A stretch of 64,000 bases of DNA from Phallusia mammillata. Lineage: Eukaryota. The stretch covers positions 24,552,001 to 24,616,000 of the forward strand of contig OZ281494.1 of assembly GCA_965637545.1 (NCBI GenBank), in the 5' to 3' direction. A model generated the notes under the pieces. It searched no databases. It was given only the letters and a program-made list of their open reading frames with translations, and had not been told where the DNA came from. Positions 1 through 13,200 of the stretch are shown here, in pieces (positions within the stretch are counted from its first letter, which is position 1; every line of letters begins with the position of its first letter). Both the position numbers and the translations under genes were made by a program.

Positions 1-74
1 CATTTCTTCGGGCAGTAATTTCACGCTTGTCTGGCGGGGGTAATTAGTGAACGGTATTTGCGTTGCACAAGTAA

Positions 75-760
75 TTAAGACCATAACACCCCGTGGAATG
101 TAAATACTGCACCACGTGTGGTACATTCCATGTGCACAGAAAACCTAGGGATTTTGTGGAATGATAGTCGCTCATTGTATGTTGCCAGTATGAAAGATTT
201 GCTGCTACTCATGAAAGCTTTTAAGCCTGTTTTTTTGGTGGTTAGTTTATCTGGTAGTGTATTCCAAACTGCGGTGCACTTGTATTTTATTGTATTTTGG
301 GCCCGACTTGATGAAACTTGTGGAACAAAAAATTTTTGTGTAGTAGCTCCTCTTGTTGCATGTTGATGTATTGCTGATGTGAAATTGAAAAAGTTGTCAA
401 AAGTCGAAGGGAGTCTTTTGTTTATAAACTGAAAAGCAAATTTTGCCAATTCCATGTTGTGCATATCTTGTAATTTTAGAATGTTAGTTTTTTTGTATAA
501 CCTGTTGGTTGAGGTCCGAAGAGGGCTTTTGGTTATGATATTTAAAATTCTATTTTGCATGATTGAAAGTGGATGTATGTTTTTTTTGTTGGCAAAACCC
601 CAAGACAGTAATCCATAAAGAAGGTGTGGATGAACCAAGGAGAAGTAAAGACATCAGAGCGTCGATAACTGCACATAATGTCTGAGTTTGGAGAAAACTC
701 CTGCAACTGAAGCAATTTTATTTTTAACAAAGTGGATATGTTGAGCCCAAGACATTTTGT
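75..760 (-). mobile_element. 5'-truncated non-LTR retrotransposon (LINE, CR1/L2-like clade) fragment encoding the C-terminal part of the RT ORF; probably in an intron of the SBP2L gene
   Basis: The minus-strand frame reads FLDDKMSWAQHIHFVKNKIASVAGVFSKLRHYVQLSTL*CLYFSLVHPHLLYGLLSWG...LYKKTNILKLQDM...HQHATRG...AVWNTLP, the typical post-RT region of invertebrate LINEs. It has one in-frame TGA just upstream of the tracked ORF, and similarity is lost upstream of about 760. Confidence 0.85.
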
Positions 761-1200
761 CATCAAGAAAATGTATAAATTTATTTTAAAATTGTTTTAG
801 TTTGTTTTGAGTCCAATCTAACATGTTAATAAAGTTGCTGTTTAGAAGCAGTGCAATGGCACATGATAAATCTCATTTATAAAATTTTATGGTACATGCC
901 TTGCCTGGGCTGGTGAATCATGTTAGGATTTACAAACTTATTTCTAAAAACACTAGAACTATTATATATATCACTTACCTTAAGCATTGCTCTAACTGTA
1001 TATCATTACTTTTGATTTATTTAATTTCTATGCCTTGCAAATACTTGGTGCTACAGTTACTGTAACAAAAACCATGTCAACCATAAAATTAACTTGAAAA
1101 GAGGCTTTTGAAATGAAAAGACTTTTGAAAAAAAATAATTGTCTCTACTTGTTATGTCTTAACCTGTACTATAAATTACAAACAAACTGTGGTTTTACAG

Positions 1201-4200
1201 CGCCTGGTGGGGATGGAATACCGTTGCTATTTAACAATGTTGTTCATCAATCTGTGCCCAACCATATGTCCACTGCAAATTCTACGCCAAAGCACAGGGT
1301 AGGTTTAAAAGCTCAACTAAGCTGGCTCCACAATAGTGTACAAAAAGCACCCTTATTTTAACTTTTCGGCAATATAAATTGATACAGTACAACTGTTTGT
1401 TCCCAAATAGATGTATAAATAACTTAAGCCATACAGTTGAAAATGTTAAAGGAAATTTGTGCATGTAATTGAAATTTAATCTTAGAATATTGAAAAGTCT
1501 TCAAAACGATTATCTCGTAAAAATGTTGCCACCCAAAATGAATCCATGACAGCGAATGAAAATAACTTCTCTGCTGATGTTCAAATGGTGGACAGCTGCC
1601 AACAAACTGGTAAGTTAAAATTTATATTCAAGTAAAATTGTAAAAGTGACCTTACTTGGTGGGAGATATTATTTTATTTTGTACTGTTATGTTCCTCAAA
1701 GGATTTTACTGTTTATTAGATTTTCCGGTAGCAATAGCTAGCAAATCGCTGACTGAACGTCCAAGCCCTCTAAAGAAAACTCGAAATCGACGTCATCGTT
1801 CGAGTATGCTCGTAAACAGCGATGATCGTGAATCATCAAGCGACCACGCTGATGCAGATATTGACAGTGATTCAGGATACTACAGGTTAGCAGCTTATAA
1901 AAAATTGCAAACAACTGTAGGAAAATTACTTACATTGTATTAAGCTGGTTTGTCAAGCCAAATATTTGTGCATGTACAGTTTTCTCTGCTTGGTTTGCAG
2001 ACATATTTAAGTGTGAATTAAAATGTTGTTGAATGTAATCAAGAACATTTGACTGCAATGTGTGAGAGTGTATGTGTCTGTTATGTAGCATTTTATCAAC
2101 GTAAAATTGTATTTGTCACTGTGCTTGCTTTTTCCTCATCAAGTGTTTTAAACAGTTTTTAGTGTTAATGTTTGTGTTTTATTTTTAGCCCTAAGCATCG
2201 AATGGTGCAAAAGCGCAGTGGAGGCACAAGTACATCAGAATTAACAAGTGGATTTCATCAAAACAGACTGGTATGTGAATGGTGCAGATGTTAATTAATG
2301 TCTCTATCTGGGTAATAAACATTAACAAAGAATTCATTTAGCACACAAGAGCTCGATTTAACTTAGTTAACCCACCGACATATGCGAGCTTTTTTGTGCA
2401 GGTTACCTGAAATTACATGTTTCACAAAATACACCTTGTAATCAAATTGTTAAAAAACTACTAGTACTGCTATGTAGCTTGTATGAGACAAATTCACTTT
2501 GCTCAGACTGGGGGTAACACAACTCCGGTATCTCGTGTGGTTTACCTCGCTCCATCACCTGCCCTCTACCAAGTACAAGCCCCACTATCTCAACAAGTGA
2601 TGTCAGGAATGTTGTCACCCCACCCAACCCCACCCCCGTCTTTATTGCTGACACCCCCTGGAACCCCACTTTTAAGTAAGTACAGCTTCTTTGTTTAAGT
2701 AAAATAGTATTTTTAGGTTGCCACTGATAAATGTGGATAATTAACAAATGAACATTTTTCTGAAGTCAAAACAGATGGCTATTTCTATACATTATTGTGA
2801 TATTTTATTTGAGGTAAAATGCTAAGCGGCATTTTCATTTTTTTTTAATAAATCAAAAGTGTAGCTTTTTTAAAATATAGTAATGCTGTCAAGTTTGTCA
2901 TGCAAACTCCAACTAATGCTGCACCTTAATAACTTCGAAGCTCTCAACAAACAAATTGTCTGTGTTTTTTCCACAGGTCAAAGTCCAGTGATAAGCCGAC
3001 CCCCACCAGGGTTTCCCCCTCCCCCCAACTACCTCAAACCCCAGGTGAGTCTCCTATAGTACCACAACCCCCTGACAGTATGAAAAAAATAGTTTAGACA
3101 TTTTTGTTTAGGGTAGCATTGCCTAACAAACAGCATATTTGACTTGAAATGGCATGTTTTTTTTGTTTTTTTTAATTTGCATTTTGGTGGTTACAAAACA
3201 TTCCCAATTCTAAAAGTTCTGCAAAAAATTGTGGTGCCAAAGAAACATTTTTCATGTTATTATTCTCATGCAAAAATATAGTGAAGCATTTTTTAGTGAT
3301 TATCAATATTATTAGCACAAATTTCCATTTGAACTAGTGTTTTAAAATTTTCTAGTGGTCTGGTCCCCTTTTTCTCAACAATCACCCCCAGTTTGCTGGT
3401 ACCAACTTAAACCCTCATATGGTTCCAACAAACCAGTTCTACCCTGGCAACAACCCTCAGTTTTCCCAGCGAGGACGAAATCGCCGTCCAAACTACAGCC
3501 CCAAACATCGATGGCAGGCACCACAACAATTTCCAACCAACTCAGTTCCCACCTCTCAGTTCTCTGGCTCAGATAATTCCTATGATAAGAGGAAACAGGA
3601 TAGGCGAAAAGTGACAATGCAAGAATTGTTTCATGACCACCGAGCATTTGCTAATGGAGTTTCAATTCCAACTCAAGACACCAATTCAGGAATTTTGTTG
3701 TCTGTAAGTTTGTTTTCCTTGGTCTATTTTTGTGTATTTTTTGTCACTTAAAAATGGATTAGGTATGGTGGTGTTTGACAAAAGTGTTTCTACCCACCTG
3801 GAAAAGTTCTAAACTTTATGGCACTTTAAGGATAACCCAATTGTTAACGTAATAGTTCTGTATTTTAATTTATTACTGTGACTTTAACTATTTATAGAAT
3901 GAGTGACATAGTAGAAAAATTCTTAATAGGAAATGTTAAAAAAGCAGGATTTTATCATTTCAACAAAAAAACTTATTTCACGAAATGCAATTATGAAAAC
4001 CCATGGTTGAATAATAACCTAAACATCTAAGACAACACCAAAAAGTTGTAAGGACCAACAAAAGCTGATTCATATAAAAAAATCCAATGCACTGTTTCAC
4101 ACTGTTGTGTGGTCTTATTACATGGATTCACTACATATTGACATTACCTGCATGCAAATTCAACCTTTTTACAGAAACATGCTATGCATAGGAACGCTAT

Positions 4201-7200
4201 ATTTAGATCTGTTCATACTTATATATCCCCTCTTCTAAAGGAAACACATACATAAACTTTATTTCCAAAATTTCCTAATTTGTTTTTTTGAAGTATTAAA
4301 TGTTTGGCCAATTTCAACATTATGTAGCCTGCAATCGTATTTTGAAATTGTGTTGCAGTTGACCTCCCAAAGTTTGGGTCAAGTCTTTAAATTTAATGTC
4401 ACTTCCAGGTTTTTTTAAGGTTTGGTTTGGGTGACCGCTAAGTAGTTTTAAGAGACCACAAGTGTTTCATTTAAATACCAAAAAATAGCCATATTTGCTT
4501 AAACGAATTATTTATTAGGCTACTGGCAAATTTTGGGAAACCGCTGGAGAAATTTGAAAAAACACCTTAAAAAAAACACTGGTCACTTCATGCAAAAGTT
4601 ATAGTTATTGTCAAAATAACCTTCTTAGACCACTGTTTTCCGACTGGTGGTCTATAAAAAGAAACAAAAACAACAACAAATGGGCCGCAGACAAATGAGG
4701 AAATGATAGACATGAACAATCAAGTCTGTCTTGCACGAAACAAAAGTTACAATTTTATTTCGCCAGCTTTATTTTTTCCGCACTGTTCAGGTTCTTTTTG
4801 TGTAACAATTCCCAATAATCCTTTTTGACTGGCCAAACAATTATTTCCTTGTTGTGAAAGCAGGTTTGGTGACGAAACACATTTGCACCTAACATTTTAA
4901 AGGTTTTTTTGTCTGATATTTGTACTTTTTGTGCACTTGTTAATAAACTAGCCTACTACGTTCAACAGCAAGTTTTGAACAAAACACAAAATCTTTTTTC
5001 ACTTTATGCCACAAAAGTAAAAAGGTTGACAAACAGGGTGTTAGACATAGTATGGTTAAGATTTAACCATTAGAAATACAAAATATGACATCACAATGTA
5101 CCAAACTGTTACAAATTTTTTGCATCCACCGCATAAACTTGGCACCCAATGAAAAAAGTCTGGGCACCCCTGCTCTTGGGCTATGCTTACTTCACAGTCT
5201 TTGAGGCATGACATAAAAGATACCAGTTCTTTTTTCACTGCGTCTTGCATGGTTAAACGCTTTCAGTTCCAATTTGCTGTGCTGCGTAACATTTGAGTTG
5301 CTGTTTTTAAATTTAGGTGAAATAATGTTAAAATTGGTCAATAATATTTTAGTAATATGAAACCTTAAAAAAGCAACAAAAACAATAAAAGTAGCCATTA
5401 AATGCATAGTGCAAACTGCAACTCTAACAAATAAATGTGTTTGCTACCTTTCCTATGTCAAATTTATGAACTGATGGGTGTAAGTTATAAACACTGGCTT
5501 ACTTTTCAAAAAATAATTAGTTTTTCAAAACAACTTGTATTTTTACTACAACAACTCACATATTTTACTACTTTTACTTAGGACACCCAGGAATTTCCAG
5601 GATTGGGGTCACCCTCTATGATCAACCAATCGATGTTGGTTGGCAGTCAGCTCTCCTACAGTGATGCTGTACTTGGAAAAACTATCATACACCAGTCTGT
5701 AAGTATTTGTCTAGTGCAGTGGTTCCCAACCTTTCTACACTGTGGGACCGGTAAAATTGTAAAAAAAATCCACGGACCGGCAACGAAAGATTGTAGTGAA
5801 TGCAACAGATATTTGTAAGCTTTTTGTTCACCAAAGTTGTCGCTGCGCAACATAATGCAAGATTTAGTCATAGCCTATGTATTTAGGGCGTAAAATTACA
5901 ACCAAACGGCAATCAAGTCAACTCAAACAACAAAACGTCAATCCATTTACATACAAAATCAATGCTATCTCAAAAGCGAAGAATAACTTCGTTTTACAAA
6001 AAAATGTTGAATGCTAGCCACAGTTTATGACAAAGCAATCATAAACGTCACAAAAGCTTTATTAAACAATTTGCGGGTATCAACGATGAAGAGCTACCCC
6101 AGTTTTACAGCCAGGCGTAAAATAAGTTTTGCAGGTACCAACAACTTTGCAATAGGCCTACTTATTATTCTATTTTAAAAAGTAGCTTGGCATAAAGTAA
6201 GATAATTTGCGGACCGGCAAAATATTTACGTGGACCGGCACCAGTCCGCGGATGGGCGGTTGGGAACCACTGGTCTAGTGTATTTGCTTTGTTATATGTC
6301 TTGCTGGTTGGCTGACTGGTTGTTTTGTGGTTTTTCAAAATGTTGCCGGTAATGGCTGTATGTGTAAACTGACTGAAGAGATGTTTTCAAGTCAACAATA
6401 TATTTCTATTTACTTAGTAAGTTGGGTCTATTATTAAGAGCTTGGAAGTAAAAATATGCTTAGACACAGGACTAGTGTGTTGCTGTCTCTCATGCATCTC
6501 TTAGGATTTAGAATATGTATATTGGCATTTTGAAAAGCTACCATTCTAGTTTATCATTTATGTTTAAGAATATCTTATTTACAATTTTATGTTTATATAG
6601 AAAGGCTTATTTTACTTCACGTTGTGGCACTTAACAAGCCAAAATTGAAATTTAAGCATTTTCAATCCTATTTGCTTTACTGCTATTTAAGGCACAATGT
6701 AGCAAAAGATAAATGCAGACATTGGTTGGTGTCATTGAACTTATAGCACACCGTGATTCATGTTTAGACTATGTGTCTGACACATGTTACCAATCTGGAG
6801 TATAAAAATATGCATTCCCACTCAAAGTTTAATTTGTAGTAGGAAGTTTATTATGTGCCTTATCTGCAGATTAAAAAATAACTTCCCAATATTATGGTAA
6901 ACTGAAGCTTTCGGTGCTGAGGTAGCCATTAAATAGCCGAAATCGATATTAATTACAATACATTGCAAAATGAAAAACACAGATTGATTCAAGTGCACTG
7001 AAAGCTTCAGTTTACTAAGTTATGATTATTCGTAACTTGAATCATCTGTATTGAGTGCACGTTGGTTCAGGACGATTTCTGTAAAAGCACAGTTTTATAT
7101 TCACAATATTATGTATTACTTAAACGGCATGGTACTATGTAATTGTGAATGATAGAAATCAGAGAAACATCTACTCCCAAAATGTTTTTGTTTCAGTGAT

Positions 7201-10200
7201 CTGGTAGTCCTTTTGCAGTGTTTAATAGTCACCTAATATGTTTTTATTTTAGCCACAGACAGTACAACTTACTGCAAGAAACTCTGCATCTCCTGATGAT
7301 GGATCTGTGCAAGAAAAATTGCAGGCACAAAAGAATCGAAAGCGCCAGAAGAAGGCTGAACGAGCATCGAAAGCAGCAGATGAAGAATATGCAGAAATTA
7401 GTGAAGAACAAGAAAATATTAAGGTTGATGCTGGTTTGGTCATTACGATAACTAAATCATTATCTACCTCTTTCTAAAATTACTGTAAAACGATTTTTTC
7501 TTTTAAGGCTGATTTTGTTTTATTGTGTAGTAAAGATTAGTGACTTTATGGGCCTAGTGTTTTTTGTGTGAAATTCCTTCTTTTACTTGTTTTTCACATT
7601 TACAACATTACAACTTTCCTCAGTCCCCAAGACGTTTGTTCCTTTTTATCACGGCCAAACCCCTACGATATTCTTCACCATTGGGGCAAACCCCAATAAG
7701 TTACACGAACCCCTGAATTAGCTTGCCTTGGGGTTCGAGCGAACACAGGTTAAGAACCACTGGTTTAGTTTGTAACTTACTTCTTTCTAGGTTTATATAT
7801 AGTGTTTACCAGAGAGAGTGTATCTATTCTCAAAAGCTTTGACTGTAGTATATGTTTAATACCACAATTATTTCCCATTTGTCGATTAGAAGCTTTTAAT
7901 TTTTTTTATAGAAAGCATTAAAAAAGACAGCAGCGAATCGGAATCGCAACAAACCCAGCAAGTTTGACCTTGGAGAGATTCTCAGTCAACAGTTAAAGTC
8001 AAAGACAATGTCAGGGAAAATTGAAATGTCTGGAGCTAATATGAAGGATGGATCATCACTTTTAAATCTCAAGTAAATGTTTTGTCAGACATTGATCTAA
8101 AAGGCAATTACAAGAAGTTTACTCAGTGTTACGAGAATGCAACACATTCGAAAATAAATTTTATAAATGCAAAACTTTATTGCTTATATTTTGTGTTGTT
8201 TAGGCAACTAAGGTATGGTGCTTGTCAAACTCAAGTAAGCACACTATGCAATTAAAATTTTGATTAAAAATGTGTTTCTTTGCTCTACAAGAACTTAGGC
8301 ATATTTGTTATGTTTTACAGACTAAGGAGTACTTTGGCAATGCCAGTGAATCCTCTTGACTCTACTGCACCAATGGTTAAAAGAGGAAAAGAAAGGGAAA
8401 ATCCAAAACCCAAGAAACCAAGTGCCTTAAAAAAGGTAAACTGGTGTTGTAACTTTTCGTTTACTATACACCTTGTTGACTTGGCTATTTACCAGGAATG
8501 CTGTGGCAAGTAGTCATTGATAAAAAAGGAAGAATATTCTAGGAATGAGCAATTTAGAATAGCGAATCTGGAGATTCAATTTCTGAATGGTGCAAATCCA
8601 AAAGACAATTTTAACTGTATTATAGGTTTATGTACTGTTTGAAAACTTTATTGCTTTACTTGTTCACATGTTTTCATTCAATAACAATTGAAATACTTAC
8701 GAAAACAGTCCTAAAGTTAAACAGGCAAAGGGTAAGTACAATATCCAGCAAATATTACTGTGTATTCAAACAACTTATAGTCATGGCAACAAAATGCTAC
8801 AAACCTGTTCTAGCTTGAATAACTAAATTGTTTAAAAAAAAACTGTTGCAATTCAGTTTAGTTACACACAAACAAGTTAAGTTACCACATGGTAAAACAG
8901 GGTGTGTACTTGCCTATTCTACATTATTTAAATACATACTGAAGTCCCTTTAAAACTCGTAAACCTAAGTAACAATGGAATTGTCTGTAGGTGATCTTGA
9001 AAGAGCGCGAGGAAAAGAAAGAACATCGATTGAGTCAGTTGACCACTCGTGACCTTCCAGACACTGACGTACCTCCGTATCCTCCAGCAATCCTTGACAC
9101 TCTGAAATGTAAGTCAATTTTGATTTTTTACACATTTGTGACATTTACATAACTATTTTCAAAAATTTTTAGTAAATGAATGTATTAAATGTAGAGCCAT
9201 TTGCGGCAATTTGGGAAGCTTTAAAACAGTCACAGTTTGTCACATTATTTTGATTTCCTTTATATAATACAGCTTTATGCATTTATTTTTATATGTCATT
9301 GATAAAACAAACTGTTAATACTCGTCAGTAACTAGGCATTTCCACGCCTAATATCATTGATCAGGTACTCAAACGTTTGTAGTTTTTTCTTGGAAACAAA
9401 TATTTCTCTTCACCTTTTACCAAGTAACTGTTCACATCCCCTTGTGTTGTTGTTTTGTTATGGTGATCTATAAATGGCTGCTGACAGTTTGTGGTCTGTC
9501 TGGAGTTGGATTTCAGCATGTGACTCTATTGGGTTTCAAGCTATGTTGTCTGAAATATTGAAGTACACAGGTTGTGGAAAACACACACTGTAAAAAAATG
9601 ATGTAATCTTTATTCTTGTGGCATGTTTACTTTACAGCAAATTTTCAACTTTCATGAATCTGCTTGTATTGTTTGGTATAATTCACTAGCAAATAAAATT
9701 GTTGCAAAGTTTTTTAATTGGATATTCTCCACTCCAACTGGTGTAATTCAATCAAAATTTCCCAAAGAGCTTTTACGAATTGTATAAGAAAACATTTAGC
9801 ATATTTTATTTGGAAGTGAATCAATTGGTGCTGCTTACCCCTCCAAGTTTTCACCTACATGCCTTGTAAAACTATTCAACAACTTTCCATGTAATAAAAC
9901 ATAGAACTCATTGTACGTTAATTCATTGCATATTATTTGAAACTACGTAAGCAAAATGACAGTAGTTCTTTACCTCTGGACAGAACCTGATGGCTCTTGT
10001 TAATCCCTTTGTCAAAATAAATGACCACAAACTAGGACATCACAGGCGGAAAATTTCATATTTTCCATTTTTGGGTATTTACCTCTAGGTCAAGAACCAC
10101 TGCTTAAGAACATGTGATATAGAAAGTAAGGAAAACAACCCCACTAATCATTGGTTCGTTTGTTTATTTTTTCTAGCAGCACAGTCACATGAAGAAGAAA

Positions 10201-13200
10201 TAGATCATTCTGTAATAGAAAACATTGGTTCATCTGTTCCACAAATACACAGCAGAAGATACAGAGAGTAAGTTAATTATCTCATTTATGAGGATGTGCT
10301 TTTTATCATGTTACTAAAATTGTACTTATCAGACACTTATATTTTTTAATACTCCTGATGTACACCACTGCTTTGCAATGACATCAGATAGTATTTTTGA
10401 TTAACGCTTTTTTAGATATTGTTCTCAAGTTTTGGACAAGAGAATTGATGAGACTTGCACAATCATATTACAAAAGCTTGTTCAGTTTCAAGACAGGTAT
10501 GTAGCTCTGGCAACTGTTAAAATGAAACAGTTTTTGATTCAGCTTTAAAGTCTCTTACAATATCAAAACTTATAATAGAGCAGAATAGGTTTTTTGCCTT
10601 TCTTTATTTAAGTACACAGACAATTCATCTTTTAATTGTGTCAGTTTGATTTAATTTTACTAAATGTACCATACTAAAGCACTTACTTGACGTATCTTGC
10701 ATTATTTCAGCTATGATGTATTTTTAGATACCACTTTTAAAGCTTTGTCAAAGACAATTTTTTTTTTTTTGAGCTTAAATCATTTTTACACTTAGTCAAT
10801 TTTCATGTTGTACCCTGAACAAAACCGCAGCTCAGGAATAGCAAGTCATTGACTTTTCTTGCCATCAGGTTATATCAGAAAGATCCCATGAAAGCAAAGA
10901 TGAGAAGAAGATTGGTGATGGGAATCCGGGAAGTAACGAAACATCTCAAGCTGAAGAAGTTGAAATGTGTGATAGTGTCCCCTAATCTGGAGAAGATACA
11001 ATCGAAAGGTGTCAATTTAAAAAAATTATTACATTTTTTATCAGCAAAAGATAGAGGTTCTGGTCCTACATAAACTATGTATTGTTTTAACAGCCGCATT
11101 TTAAAAAATGTGGTCATTACATCTGCATGTGATTTTGGTAAAAAGTTGGTAAAACTAATCATAAAAAATATTAAATATTTAATCGCGCAATCACTTTGAA
11201 TTACAGATATTCCATTTAGGACTTGTATGTATATAATATTATGCAGTACTGTAAACAAATACCAGAGTACGGATTTCATATCAATATAAGGCGCATTGTA
11301 TTTGTTGAAAGTCGAGTCACTTTGTCACATAAGTGTTTGTATCTTTTTTGCTTGTTTTTAATTCAAGTTTAACACGCCTCCAAATAACTTGAGTTTCAAT
11401 GCCCTTATATGGTCAAACTCCTAATGTTGCCGTTTTTCAGGTGGACTGGACGATGCGCTGCAACAGATCTTAGACATGTGTGAGAGTCAGAACGTGACAT
11501 ATGTGTTTGCACTTGGTCGTAAAGCTATGGGTCGGGCTGTGTCGAAACTTGTCCCTGTCAGTATTGTGGGAATATTCGATTACAGTGGCGCAGAGGTAAG
11601 CATTGTTTCTTGTCTTCACTTTGATCAAAAAGAAACAACTTGTTTTGCTTTTACGTCCAATACCGATTATTGGTAGTTAAGTGGACTGAGAATTATAGGC
11701 CGATATTTTATTTGCAGTAAAATACCAACATTTATAACTTAAAACTGCTGAATTGCAACGTTTCTTCAAACTTCAGTTGACTGTATGAGTACCAAAAAAT
11801 TGTAAGTCTAAAGTCGTGCTCTGGTATACATATAAACCAGGGCTCTTCAACCGGGATCCCACAGAACCCTGGGGTTCCGTACAACCCTTTCGGGAGTTCC
11901 GCGAACTTTAAGGGTCGCACAGGGGTCCGCAGAGCTTTTGTGTATCAATTCGAACATGAATGATTCATAAAATCATTGCTGCGAACAGCATTGCTCGCTT
12001 GTACAATCTAGTTAACCTTGGTTACACCATTGATCAATGGTGACGTAATAATCAAAGTCTTGATACTCTCTGTCTGAATTGCGAGATAAATGTGCAAATG
12101 ACCAACCTAAATAACATGACAATGCGTTTCAGTAAATCGTTTAATTTAATTAAAGTCAACATTTGTTATGTGCTTGGGGTGTGTCACGTAAAAATGTATG
12201 TTTTTGTGATCTAGCCTACTTGAGTAACATTCATTCAAAATAATTTTATGGGGGGTTCCGCAAGGTTTGACAAAACACCTTGGGGGTTCCGTGTCACTAA
12301 AAAGGTTGAAGAGCACTGATATAAACTATAAACGAACGTAACCGTGGAAAATAGAACTACCCAAATCCACGTCAGACCATCAAAGCTGGACGTTTTGTCG
12401 TGAAACCAATCGGTGACAGAGCAATGCTTACAAAAGAGACATGGTTGCGTCAAGCAAAAACATCCCAGTTACATACATGTTGTTTCTCAGCTGTTATTGA
12501 CAACACCAATTATTCGGTCCATCCCTACCTTTTTGTATCTCCGAAATGTTCTTTATTATATCAATTTGACAAACCTCTTCTGAAAGTTGTTACGTTGATA
12601 GCAGGCTGCGGTGTTTATAAATCTACTCATGGACGTTTCTGTCACGCTTGGATATTTTCTCCAAAACCACTTTTATTTTGCTTAGGACCAATACAAAGAG
12701 ATGTGCTCGTTGGTAATCGAAGCACAACAAAAATACAAGGAAATGGTTTCAATTTATCAACAAGAAGTGATTGATGCCACAAACACAACTCCAGTAAGTA
12801 AAGTGTTAACTTAAAAACACATCAAATTGCGGTCCTTATGCAACGTATAACTGTAACTAGATGTGCTATATATATACGTGTAACTAAATATGCAACTATA
12901 TTCGTATAGCAATATCTGCAACGTATAACTTACTCGTAACTATGATTTGGTGGTTTTTGATGTTATTTGCTTTTTCGATCATAAAAAGTTCAAGCACTAT
13001 CCTCTTATCATGGTTGGAACAAGGTTTGGTTGCTGGGCCTAACGAACATCATATACTCTGACCATGAAATAGGCTAGTTTTTGCCAAACAAAAACACACT
13101 TTTTCCGTTTGTGGAAGCAAAATATGCTTGCGTTGAATATGGACAACTTCATAATATGGCGACATAGTTAATCATTAAATAGGGTGTAGCGTGTATAACT

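Noticed and set aside
640-660. In-frame TGA in the LINE fragment inside a SECIS-binding-protein gene, considered as a selenocysteine codon
   Set aside because: The position aligns to a non-Cys residue of LINE RT proteins, the element is 5'-truncated and no SECIS was seen, so it is an ordinary nonsense mutation.
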